Source: Eledone cirrhosa (taxonomy: Eukaryota). Taken from it: a DNA stretch of 64,000 nucleotides. Made by a program: the position numbers and the translations under genes. This document shows positions 24,401 through 36,586 of this stretch, piece after piece; within the stretch, counting starts at the first letter, position 1; each line of letters starts with the position of its first letter. The stretch is from assembly GCA_964016885.1 (NCBI GenBank), contig OZ024742.1, positions 327,050,001-327,114,000 on the forward strand. Reading direction: 5' to 3'. The notes under the pieces are model-generated. The model was given only the letters and a program-made list of their open reading frames with translations, ran no database searches and was not told the DNA's origin.

Positions 24401-26911
24401 TTTTAGCTGAACTCCGCGGACAAGACGTTGCATCAGCCATTCCACCTCCTGTTTCACCTCCGCAGACGTGTTGATTTCTTCCCAATTTAGCGGTAAAATC
24501 AAAACATCAAAGGTCTCAGACTGTTCGTTGTCTATTGGTAATCATTGAAGTACCAAATCCATCTGGTTTCATTAATTCTCAAAGTGATTCAGCTTTACTA
24601 ATTTAGTAATAAGCTGTTATTCATCTGTCCCATGTGGTCTAGTGGTTAGTATTCCGCGCTCCCCGCTTGGGAAGTTGTATACCTTTTTTTTTCTCATTGT
24701 TTTCTTTGCATCAAGTCTCGTTAACTTGCTATGCCAACTAGGAATGTATAGAACTGTATGTTCTAAATATTATATGTATTTATTTCAATACATTTCAAAT
24801 TTATTTTAATAAAAAACATTAATATATTATTACAATAGGAAAGAGAGAGGAAGAAGAAAGAAATATAATGTCAGAGAAATTTGACTGAAAGACACCTTAA
24901 TACCAAAGGTGATAATGAGGGTAATACACTGGAATAGCCAAGTACCCTCCTAAGAATCACTAAATATATTAGGAAAATGTTCTGCAAACAATGACAAGAA
25001 ATTCGTTGACAACGTCCCTGCACACACGAAATGTCTGAAATGACGGAAGGTGAAGTAGGTAGCAATGAGATCTCGTCGTTGTCAGCGGCTTTCTCAGCGG
25101 TTAAATATTTTGTAAAATGTGTATGTAATATCACAGTACAAAAAAGTAATAGGGTAAAAGATAAAAAGAGGGTGAAAAAATTAAAGACTTTAGTGATCAG
25201 TATATTTCCATTGAGAGTGAGGATCAAGATACCAAAATAATTGACGTTATAAATAGCCAACGACATCTTCTACATCAGCCATAGGGTTCCTTCATTAGAT
25301 GTGATGTCAAAATGATTCACCTTTGCCATTTAATTATATGCTGTTGTCCAGCTCGCTATAGCCTGGTGTCCCAAGTAGTCTAGTGGTTAGAATTCCGCGC
25401 GCTTACCGCGACGGCCGGGGTTCGATTCCTCGTTTGGGAAATATCTCTTGTGTTTTATTTGTATCAAGTCTCGTTACCTTCCAGACTAGGATTTTCATCT
25501 TTCGATTTCTAACTCTCTTAAGTTGTCTGGTGGTTAGGATTCCACTCTCTCGTTTTTGCTACATTTTCACCAATTCTTGATAATTTGTCAGAGTGTCTGC
25601 AGCCCTTGTGGAGGAGCCCCGCGATTTGGGGGTGTCAGTTGCAGCGTGTGTCACTAACCTTTTCTATGGTAACGTTTCTGCGATTTTGTCTGCTACACAC
25701 GGCTGAACTATCGCTGAAACCGGTGTGTAGTACAGCTCCTCCTTCTCCCTTTATTTCGACGCTTTATCCTACTTTCTTTTTTTCATTTTCATTTTCTTTT
25801 TTCCCCTTCCTCCTCTCTTCCCTTTAGTAGTGTGTTTTGTTTTCATTAGATACTGTTCAATTATTTTTAGATAATATCAATAAGGTATCCCAGACGACTG
25901 AAACAGGTAAAATGTTATATGTTTGGGTATTTAGCAACACCAATTTCGAGACGAAACACCACCCAATCACCAAGAAATGTGGAAGAACCGGGTTGCATTC
26001 CCCATACCTTCCAATAATACATCATGAAATTCAGAAAATCCTCTTGAGATATGCCTGCGTTGTTGGGGAGGGTGGGGGTTCACCTATACATTGTTGAGGT
26101 ACATGAAGTCCATTTATTCCCATAAGTGTTAAAGAGGTTAATGCGCCGGAATAACCAAACACTTTCACGGAGGTAAATAACAGTCAAGGTGTCTAGGGTT
26201 CAGCATTCAGCGCTCTCACCTTGGTGGCCGAGGTTCGATACCCTACTTTAAAAATAACGTTTTAAATTCAATATTGTTTTGCTTTTGTTTCACCAATGCT
26301 TGATAAGTTGTCATGACATCTGATAATATATGTACTTATCAATCATAGACGATTTGGCGACAGAATGGCCTTTCGTGACATTGTGAGATTTTGTACATTG
26401 AATAAATTATGTATATATTTATAAATGATTTACAGTTTGGCGGCTGAAAACGTCAGTTGTTGTTGGGAAACACGTGACTGTACAGTGGTAATCAGCATAA
26501 AAAGTAAAAGTCTGTCAATTCTTGTCATTTCGTCATCCTCCGCCCCCCCCTGAGTGGCAGTCGGCAGTAGCTGGGTTTGTGGTCGTAGAGATGAGGTTGG
26601 TACATGAGAATGTGTCACAATAAATACCGCCTCATATGAAAGACTTATCCCGTTAAAACAAGTAAAATGTTATCCTGTCTAGGTATTCATCACCCCCAAG
26701 GTCGACACAAAAGACCACCACGTCACCAAGATAGGTGGGCAGCATTGTGTAATCCTCCACCTACCTTTCAATGATACATACTCAAAGAAATGTTTTGTTT
26801 ATTTCGAAATCAAGTGTGCTGATTGTTTTAAAACTTTTTGTCGAATTGTCAAATCGATTCACATTTACTAATTTAGTTGTAAGCGATTGTTCAGCTAAGA
26901 GTTTTCAGTTG

Positions 26912-26983
26912 TCCCAAGTGGTCTAGTGGTTAGGATTCCGCGCTCTCACCGCGGCGGCCGGGATTCGATTCCCCGCTTGGGAA
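26912..26983 (+). tRNA. tRNA-Glu(CTC), near intact with G53A
   Basis: Canonical except CGGGA-TTCGATT (B-box G53 lost), so probably weak or non-functional. Confidence 0.5.
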
Positions 26984-29900
26984 CATCAAACATTTTTATT
27001 GTTTTCTATCCATTAAATCTGGTTAACTTTTAAATCTACCAGCAAACATGGTTTCGAAACATGGTTACTCATTGCCATTCTCGTCTCTTAACGACTAGAG
27101 TTTTCGTCTCGAGCTCGCTGCTGCTAAACTCTCAGTTTATCTGATTTAGCAGGTTAAGTCTTTCTTCTGGGACGCCATATAATGCGAACCTCAACGCCAG
27201 GACTACATGCCGAGGTACTGCCGACCGCCACAACAATCTCAACATCTTGTCCGTGGAGTGCAGATAAAATACAAATTTCAGTCAAACTTCTTTCACCATT
27301 TTTCCCTTCTGTCATAATGATATACAAAATGTATTTTTGAAAATTTGAAATGTACTGAAATAAATAACATATAGTTCTATATATTTCTAGTTGGCAGAGC
27401 AACTTAACGAGACTTGAATGAAAGAAAACAATTTAAAAAATGAGATTTTTCTCAGGCGGGGAATCGAACCCCGGACGCCGGGATGAGAGCGCGGAATCCT
27501 AACACCCTAGACCACTTGGGACAATTTGAAATAGTGCGAACTGATAATCTATTTATTTTTATGCTGGTCTCCATGGAAGCCTCACGTGTTCTTAGTCCCC
27601 TGACTGTTCTTTTCCTCCGTCAATTCGAGGTGAGGACATTATGACTCTTGAAGGTCTCCGTCTTGTTAGTATGGTTGATGTAGTAGGTATCGCTGGTTAT
27701 ATTTCGTGTCAATTACTTTGCCATCTTGCCAGCAATCTAAACCCTGCCGACAGGGAACCCTTGGAAGGTTTCAAGATTGCAATCAGAAAGTAACTTTATA
27801 ACCAAATTAGAATTGTGATTCGCAGTGATACCAGCCGCTGGTTGCACTATATTTGATTAATACATTTAGTCATTCTTGTGAGGGGTTTTGGCTATTCCGG
27901 CGCATTAACCTCTTTAGCACGTATGGAAATAAATGGCCTTCATGTACCTAAACAAGGTATAGCTGAAATAAAAGAAAATGTATTATTGGAAGGTATGGGG
28001 AATGCAACCCGGTTCTTCCACCTTTCTTGGTGATTGTGTGGAGTTTCGTCTCGAAATTGGTGTTGCTAAATACCCAAACAGTATAACATTTTACCTGTTT
28101 CAGCAGGTCAAGTCTCTCATCTGGGATACCTTATTGATATTATCTAAAAATAATTGAACAGTATCTAATATAAACAAAACACACTACTAAAGGGAAGAGA
28201 GGAGGAAGGGAAAAAAAGAAAATGAAAATAAAAAAAGAAAGTAGGATAAAGCGTCGAAATAAAGGGAGAGGAAGGAGCTGTACTACACACCTGTTTCAGC
28301 GATAGCTCAGGGGCGCCTCGCAGTCAGAATGGCAAAAACGTTACCATAGAAAAGGTTAGTGACACACGCTGCAACTGACACCCCCAAATTGTGGGGCTCC
28401 TCCACAAGGGATGCCGACATCCGGACAAATTATCAAGAATTAGTGACTCACTTTTGCCAATTTAGTTATAAGCGGTTGTTCAGCTCGTCATAATTTGGTA
28501 TCCCAAGTAGTCTAGTGGTTAGGATTCCACGCTCTCACCGCGGCAGCCGTGGTTCGATTCCCTGCTTGGGGATATCTTCCTTTTCTTATTGTTTTCTTTC
28601 CATCAAGTCTCGTTACGTTTTAAATCTACCAGCTAACGTGATTACGAAATGTACATATATAAAAAAAATTTTTCTATTGTTTTATTTGCATCAAGTCTCG
28701 TTGTCCTACCAACTACGATTATATATAGAACTATATATTATTTATTTCAGTACATTTCAAATGTTCAGAAATACATTTATTAAATCATTGTGACAGATGG
28801 GAAAAAATGGTGAAAGATGTTTCACGGGAATTTATGTTTTATCTGCACTCCGCTGACAAGATGTTGAGATTGTTGTGGTGGCGGTCGGCTGTACCTAGGT
28901 ATGTGGTCCTGGTGTTGAGGTTCGCATCATATGGCGTTCCAGATGAAAGATGTAATCTGCTAAAGAAGATAAACTATAGTCCCATCTGAGAGTTTAGCCA
29001 CAACGAGCTTGAGACGAAAGATCCTATTGTCGTTAAGAGAGGAGAATCGCTATGAGTAACTACCCTGCTGCCTTTCAATAATACATTTACCCATTTAGAA
29101 AATATTAATATGACATGTGCATTTCGAAACCATGTTTGTTGGTAGATTTACAACTTAACGGGACCTGAGGCAAAGAAAACAATAACAAAAAAAAAAAAGG
29201 TATACCCAAGTGAGGAATCGAACCCCGGTCGCCGCAGTGAGCTGCGGGAACCTAACCACTAGACTACTTTGGAAAACTGGGGACGACTTGCTGAACAATT
29301 GCTTATAACTAAATTAGAAAATGTGAATCGATTTTGCAATTCGACAAAAAAGTTTAAAATCAATCAGCGCACTTCATTTCGAAATAACAAAACACCTCAA
29401 AATGTTCTACATTGGAGGATTTATCATTGACAGGTCATTTAGTAATAGTACACCACTCTTTATGGCAGTCGGCGCTACCTGGGTTTGATGTCCTAACCAT
29501 GAAGTTGACACTGGAGAAAGTGTCACAATGTATGACATCCTCCAACGTAGAAAATGTTGAGGTGTGTTATTTCGAAATCAAGTGAGCTGATTGATTTTAA
29601 ACTTTTCTGTCGAATTGTCAAATCGATTCACATTTTCTAATTTAGTTATAAGCAATTGTTCAGCGAATCGTTTCCGGTTGTCCCAAGTAGTCTAGTGGTT
29701 AGGTTCCCGCATATCACTGCGGCGGCCGGGAACATCTTAATTTTTTATTGTTTTATTTGTATGAAGTCTCGTTAATTTTTAAATCTACCAGTAAACATGG
29801 TTTCCAAATGCACATATCATACTAACATTTTCTAAATGTGAACATGTTTTATTGAAAGGCAACAGGATTGCGATTCTCCTCTCTACGACAATAGGATGTT

Positions 29901-32900
29901 TAGTCTCGAGCTCGCTATTGCTAAACTCTCAGTTTATCTGATTTAGCAGATTAAGTCTTTTATCTGGAACGCCATATGATGCGAACCTCAACGCCAGGAC
30001 CACATACCCAGGTACTACCGACCACCAAAACAATGTATTTTTGAAAATTTGAAATATACTGAAATAAATAACATATAGTGCTACGTATATATTCCTAGTT
30101 GGTGGAGCAGCTTAACAAAACTTGAATGAAAGAAAACAATGAGACATTTCCCAAGCGGTGAGTGTGCGGAATCCTAACCACTAGACTACTTGGGGCAACT
30201 CAATATGGTGAGCTGAACAAGGATTAATAACTAAAATATAATCGTAAATGTGATGTACTTTGACAAGTCAACCAGAAAGTTTTAAATCAACAAGGTCACA
30301 TGGTCACGAAGGAAATAAGCATATCGCATACAAATTGTCTAAATTTGAAGATGTATTATTGACAGTTAGGAAGAGTGCGACCCAATGTTTCTACCTCTAT
30401 TGGCAATGGGGGCTTCGTGTCGACGTTAGTGGTGTTCAATGCTCAGACGTGATAACATTTTACCCGCTTTAGCAGATTAAATCAATCATCAGGGACGATA
30501 ATTATTATGACACTTTTTACTCTGCCAACCCCATCGCTAGGACAATAAACCCAGATACTGCCAACAGCCACAGCCAATGGGAGTGGACGATGACTAAATT
30601 ACAGGAATTGACAGACTTTTCTTTTTATGCTGATTACCAGTGTACCCCCCCCCCCCCCCCCCCCCGGTGTTATCCGACCCCCGACTGACGTTTTACGCAG
30701 CCAAATCGTAAATAATTTATAAGTAAATATATAATGCATTCAATAAACAAAATCATAAAAATATCACGAAAGGCCAGTGACATTATCGACATCCGGACAA
30801 ACTTAACAAGACTAGAATGAAGGAAAACAAAAAGAAAATAAGAAATTTCCCAAGCGGGGAATCGAAACCCGGCCGCCGCGGTGAGACGGCGGAATCCTAA
30901 CCACTAGACTACTTGGGACAGATGAATGCAACATGCTAAACAACGGCTTATAACTAAATTACAAAGGTGAATCACTTTGACATCACATCTAATGAAGGGA
31001 GGAGGTGTGGCTGATGCAGTAGATGTCGCTGGCTGTTTATAGCGTCAATTCTCTCATATTATATTTCTTTCTACTTCCTCTCTCTTTCCCATTGTAATAA
31101 TATATTAATTAAAAAAAAAAAAAATTTGAAATATATTAAAATAAATAAATAATATATATTTCTAGCCATCCCCTAGTTGGCATAGCAACTTAACGAGACT
31201 TGATGCAAAGAAAACAATGAGAAAAACGGTACACAATTTCAGAAATGGGGGAGGGAACCCCGGCCGGCGTGGGGAGAGCGTGGAATCCTAACCACTAGAC
31301 TACTTGGGACAACTGAATTCGATTAGCTAAACAATGGCTTATAACTAAATTAGTAAATGAGAATCACTTTGACATCACATCTAATGAAGGAGCCCTACGT
31401 AGTAGGTATGGCTGATGTAGTAGGTATCGCTGGCTGTTTATAGCGTCAATTATTTTGGTATCTTGATCCTCACTCTCAATGGAAATATACTGATCACTTA
31501 CGTCGTTAATTCTTTCACCCTCTTTTTATATTTTAAAATATTACATTTTGTATCGTGATATTACATACACATTTTACAAAGTATTTAACTGTTGTACTCT
31601 CATATTTTACCAGTCAACAAAACAACTTAGTATACATAGATTAACATATAACAAAAATGGAAAAACTCGAATGGAAAACTATATTTCTCAAGGAGGGAAA
31701 CAAACTCCGACGGTGCAGTTGAGAGTGTATAAACGTAACCACTAGATCACTTGTGTAGTTTGCTGAATCGGAAGATTTGAATCACCTTATAACAAAATTA
31801 GAACTGTGATTCGTTCTCATGTGAGGCGTTGTGAACGACGAGGATCTCATTGTTAGCTATTTCACCCTCTGTCATTTGAGACATTAGTGGGATCAGGGAC
31901 GTTGTCAACGAAGTTCTTGGCATTGCTTACAGAACATTTTCTTAATATATTTAATGATTCTTGGGAGAGTACTTGGCTATTCCAACGTATTAGCCTAATT
32001 ATCTCCTATGGTATTAAGGTATCTTACAGTTTAATTTCTCTCACATTATACTTCTTTCTTCTTCCTCTCTCTTTCCTTTTGTCATAATATATTAACACTT
32101 TTTAAAATAAATTTGAAATGTATTGAAATAAATTTGAAATGTATTAAAATAATTTGAAATGTAAACGACTTAAAGTTCTACACATTCCTAGTTGGCATAG
32201 CAACTTAACGAGAATTTAAATGTAGAAAACAATAAGAATGAGAGGCATACAATTTCCCAAGCGAGGAATCAAATCCCGGCCGCCGCGGTGAGAGCGCGGA
32301 ATCCTAACCACTAGACTATTTGGGACACCTGAATTCGATCAGCTGAATGATAGCTTATAACTAAATTAGTAAAGGTGAATCACTTTGACAATTAATGAAA
32401 CCGGATGGATTTGGTACTTCAATTATTACCAATAGACAACTTACAGTCTGAGATCTTTGATGTTTAGATTTTCCCGCCAAATTGGGAAGAAATCATCACG
32501 TCTGCGGAGGAGATGCAACGTCTTGTCCGCGGAGTTCAGCTAAAATATACCTTCCAGTCAAATTTCCCTAACAATTTTTCTTCCTTCTTCCTCTATTTCT
32601 TTTTGTCTTTATGATATAGTAATTATATTGTAGAAAATTGAAATAAATTAAAATATAATAAATAACTCATAGTTCAATATATTCCTTTTTGGTATAACAA
32701 CATAACGAGAATTAAAGAAAAGAAAATAGTACGAAAAAAAAAACACAGTTTGCTTCCCAAACAGAAAATCGAACCACGGTCGCCGCCGCGGTGAAAGCGC
32801 GGAATTCTAACCCCTAGACCACTTGAGGACCGTGAATTCGTTACGCTAGACAAAGGCTTATAACTAAATTAGTAAATGTGATACTCTTCAACAATTCCAC

Positions 32901-33552
32901 CGAAAATTAAAAAATGTACCAGTACACTTGGATTCGAAATAGGCAAAATACTTCGAAATTTTCAAAATTTGAGACTGTATCATTGAAAAGTAGGGAGAGG
33001 ACTACGCAATGCCACCCACCCCTCTTGGTGACGGTGTAGTGTTTCATGTCGACCTTGGTTGTGATCAGTACTCAGATGGGATAACACTCTACCTGCTTTA
33101 GCAGGTTGAATCTCTCATCTGAGACACCTTATACTACGACACTTTCTCCGGTGCCATCAACGCTAAGACAACAAACCCAAAGGGACGGACGATCACTAAG
33201 TGTTAGGAACAGATAGACCGTTTAGTTTTATGCCGGTCGCCATAGAAGCCTCCCGTGTTCTAAGACCCGGACTCTTCTTTTCCTCCGCTAATTCAGGATG
33301 AGGACATTATGGGACATTATGTCTGATGAAGGACTCCGTCTTCATAGCATGGTTGATGTAGTAGGTATCACTGGCTATATTTCGTGTAGGGCTCACCTAA
33401 AATATGCTATTTAGCCATATCTTTCAATTTTTCAACCGCTTATTCCTTTTTTCTGTATTCCTTTTTTATCTTATACGCATTCAAAATATTTACGAGCTAT
33501 CTAATGCATGTAAATGCATGATATATGTATATATGTATGTCTATATGTAGTA

Positions 33553-33861
<309 letters not shown>

Positions 33862-33869
33862 AGTATATG

Positions 33870-36480
33870 TTAGTTGCATACCAACACCTCAGTGTGCCGA
33901 TTGGAGCACTCGACGAAGTGCGCAGGTTGGTTTGGTTACTCCGGAGTAAAATAAACTAAAATAAATAAGTCAAATATTTAAAATTTGGCTTCGTTTATTA
34001 CTGCTATATATATTTCGGTGACAGCCACCTTTGGCTGTGGCCTCTTCAGGCAATCCGAATTACTGTGGTAGAGACGAGTACACATGTTGTTGAGGTGTTT
34101 AACTTTGTCAATACTCTGATATGCCCAGTTCCTGGTTGGGTTGTTATTTCACTGAGGAATTGGAATCATGAATTTAAACAAGCGACATGTCACAGGACAT
34201 CCTCTCTTCTCATTGGTCAGTTGTGAGAACATTCCTCAGTCAAAAGTCTATAGAAATTCGTTCTGAGGCGAGGCAATCTGTAGTGGTTGTTCTTGTTATT
34301 GTTAAGTGCATCTGACCACTACTCTTGTGTTTAGTGGTGTTGGTGTTGGAGTCAGCCCATAAAATGGTAGAAGGAATAATATGGTAAGAGAATAAAATAA
34401 GATAATCATATAAAATGTGTGTATGTTATAACCAATCTCAAAGTTAGAAAGATTTGTAAGATCCACTCCTCCCATTGGTCAGTTGTGAGAGCATTCCTCA
34501 GTCAACAGTCTATAGAAATTCCTTCTGGGGTGAGGCTATCTGTAGTGTTTGTTTTTTCTATTGTTAAGTATATCTGACCTCTACCCTTATTTTGGTAGTG
34601 GTGTTGGTGTTGCGGTCAGCCTAGGTCTTGCTGCTGCTGATTTTAGATATATCTGTGTGTGGCTGCATCCATCCTGCCACCATTTCTCGTGGTGGTGGGT
34701 GGGGTGGACGGGGGTTGGGGTGGGTGGGTTGTGTCATGCATATGAAGAAATAAAAAAATGAAGAAAATAGAAAATAAATGAAAAATTAGAAAATGAAGAT
34801 TCAAATAAAATAAAATAAAATGTGTGTGTGTTATAACCAATCTCAAAGTTATAAAGATGTTGGCCAAATTAGAAAGGCTGTGTCAGAATCAATCTCTAAG
34901 CTATCATGGTGTCTGCTCAGCCTGAATGGGTCCCTATGGCTTGAGGGGAGTTCCCAACCTATGGTGTTGTTACTGCCCATATAGCTTGAGGGAGGTCCGG
35001 CCAAGCGGTGTCTACATGTCGCGAAGAAGTCGATTCTGGGGTTTATCAGGCGGCTTCCACCTCATAGTATCTCGAAAGTCTCGAGATACTATGAGGGGCA
35101 TATGCAAACTATGTCTGAGCGAGACCTCGAGATACTAAGAGGTGGAAGACGCCTGATAAACCTGAGAACCGACTTCTTCGGGACATGTAGACACCTCAGG
35201 GCCGGGACCTTCCTCAAGCTATATGGACAGTAACAACACACTGAGATATGAACTCCCCTCAAGCTATAGGGACTTCTCCAGAACATGTAGACACCTCTTG
35301 GCCGGACCTCCCTCAAGCTATATGGGCAGTAACAACACCATAGGTTGGGAACTCCCCTCAAGCCATAGGGACCCATCCAGGCTGAGCAGACACCATGATA
35401 ACCTAGAGATTGATTCTGACGCAGCCTTTCTAATTTGGCCAACATCTTTATAACTTTGAGATTGGTTATAACACACACACATTTTATTTTATTTTATTTG
35501 AATCTTCATTTTCTAATTTTTCATTTATTTTCTATTTTCTTCATTTTATTGCCTTTTATTTCTTCATGCATGACACAAGATTGGTTATAACACACACACA
35601 TTTTATTTAATTATCTTATTTTATTCTCTTACCATATTATTCCTTCTACCATTTTATCATTTTTTTATTTAATTATTTGCTTATATTATCTTATTTTCAT
35701 TTTCTATTTTCTTCACTTTATTGCCTTTTATTTCTTCATTGCCCCCCCCCCCCCCCCCACCACCACCACGAGAAATGGTGACAGGATGGATGCAAACACA
35801 CACAGATACTTCTAAAATCAGCAGCAGCAAAACCTAGGCTGACCGCAGCACCAACACCACTACCAAAATAACACTAAAGATAGCCTCACCCCAGAAAGAA
35901 TTTCTATAGACTGTTGACTGAGGAATGCTCTCACACCTGGCCAATGGGAGGCGTGGATCTTACAAATCTTTCTAACTTTAAGATTGGTTATAACATACAC
36001 ACATTTTATTTTATTATCTTATTTTATTCTCTTACCATATTATTCCTTCTACCATTTTATCATTTTTATCATTTTATCATTTTTTGGGACTCCAACACCA
36101 ACACCACTACTAACATAAGAGTAGAAGTCAGATGCACTTAACAATAACAAGAACAACCACTACAGATTGCCTCGCCTCAGAACGAATTTCTATAGACTTT
36201 TGACTGAGGAATGTTCTCACAACTGACCAATGAGAGGAGAAGATGTACTCTGACGATGAAATTCGTTTGTTTAAATTCATATGATTCCAGTTCCTCAGTG
36301 AAATAACAACCCAACCAAGAACTGGGCATATCAGAATATTGACAAAGTTAAACATCTCATCAACATGTGTACTCGTCTCTACCACAGTAATTCGGACAGC
36401 CAAAGGTGGCTGTCACCGAAATATATATAACAGTAATAAAAGAAGCCAATTTTTAAATATTTGACTTATTTATTTTAGTT

Positions 36481-36487
<7 letters not shown>
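33870..36487 (-). mobile_element. Non-coding palindromic Penelope-like derivative (inverted pseudo-LTRs), ~2.6 kb
   Basis: The arm 33947-~35075 is the reverse complement of ~35128-36487 (the ORF track shows the same MGPYGLRG peptide on both strands). There is an unpaired extension 33870-33946 with GCACTCGAC, a hammerhead motif, and (TA)n on both flanks. Confidence 0.75.
34000..34054 (-). ncRNA. Type I minimal hammerhead ribozyme motif
   Basis: Minus strand: ATTGC-CTGAAGA-GGCCACAGCCA AAGG TGGCTGTCACC-GAAA-TATATA-TA-GCAGT; core boxes intact, stems I and II pair. Confidence 0.8.
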
Positions 36488-36516
<29 letters not shown>

Positions 36517-36549
36517 TCGACACACGATTTCATATCAAAAACCTCGCAA

Positions 36550-36584
<35 letters not shown>

Positions 36585-36586
<2 letters not shown>

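Larger units (their letters stand above)
13531..33390. repeat. Degenerate, shuffled tRNA-Glu module mosaic. Approximate copy starts, + strand: 13894, 14720, 15962, 17473, 17679, 18646, 19579, 20696, 21154, 22105, 24158, 24628, 25369, 25520, 26183, 26912, 28501, 29681; - strand: 15335, 17079, 23527, 27449, 29203, 30148, 30847, 31238, 32254, 32754
   Basis: Recurrent GTCTAGTGGTTAGG and GGTTCGATTCC cores with homologous upstream (TAATTTAGTTATAAGC) and downstream (GCATCAAGTCTCGTTAAG) flanks. Spacer modules recur in different orders and orientations. Confidence 0.9.

Noticed and set aside
114-33000. Recurring 60-140 aa ORFs in the array (e.g. IPSSLVVRIPRSHRGGRGSIPRLG; RRIEVRIRKGVAIYG)
   Set aside because: They are translations of the tRNA body or spacer modules; frames and stops vary between copies and no protein family is recognisable.
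13531-33390. tRNA-Glu-derived SINE family explaining the many copies
   Set aside because: Copies share upstream flanks that would not be retrotransposed, lack TSDs and tails, and are clustered; DNA-level duplication fits better.
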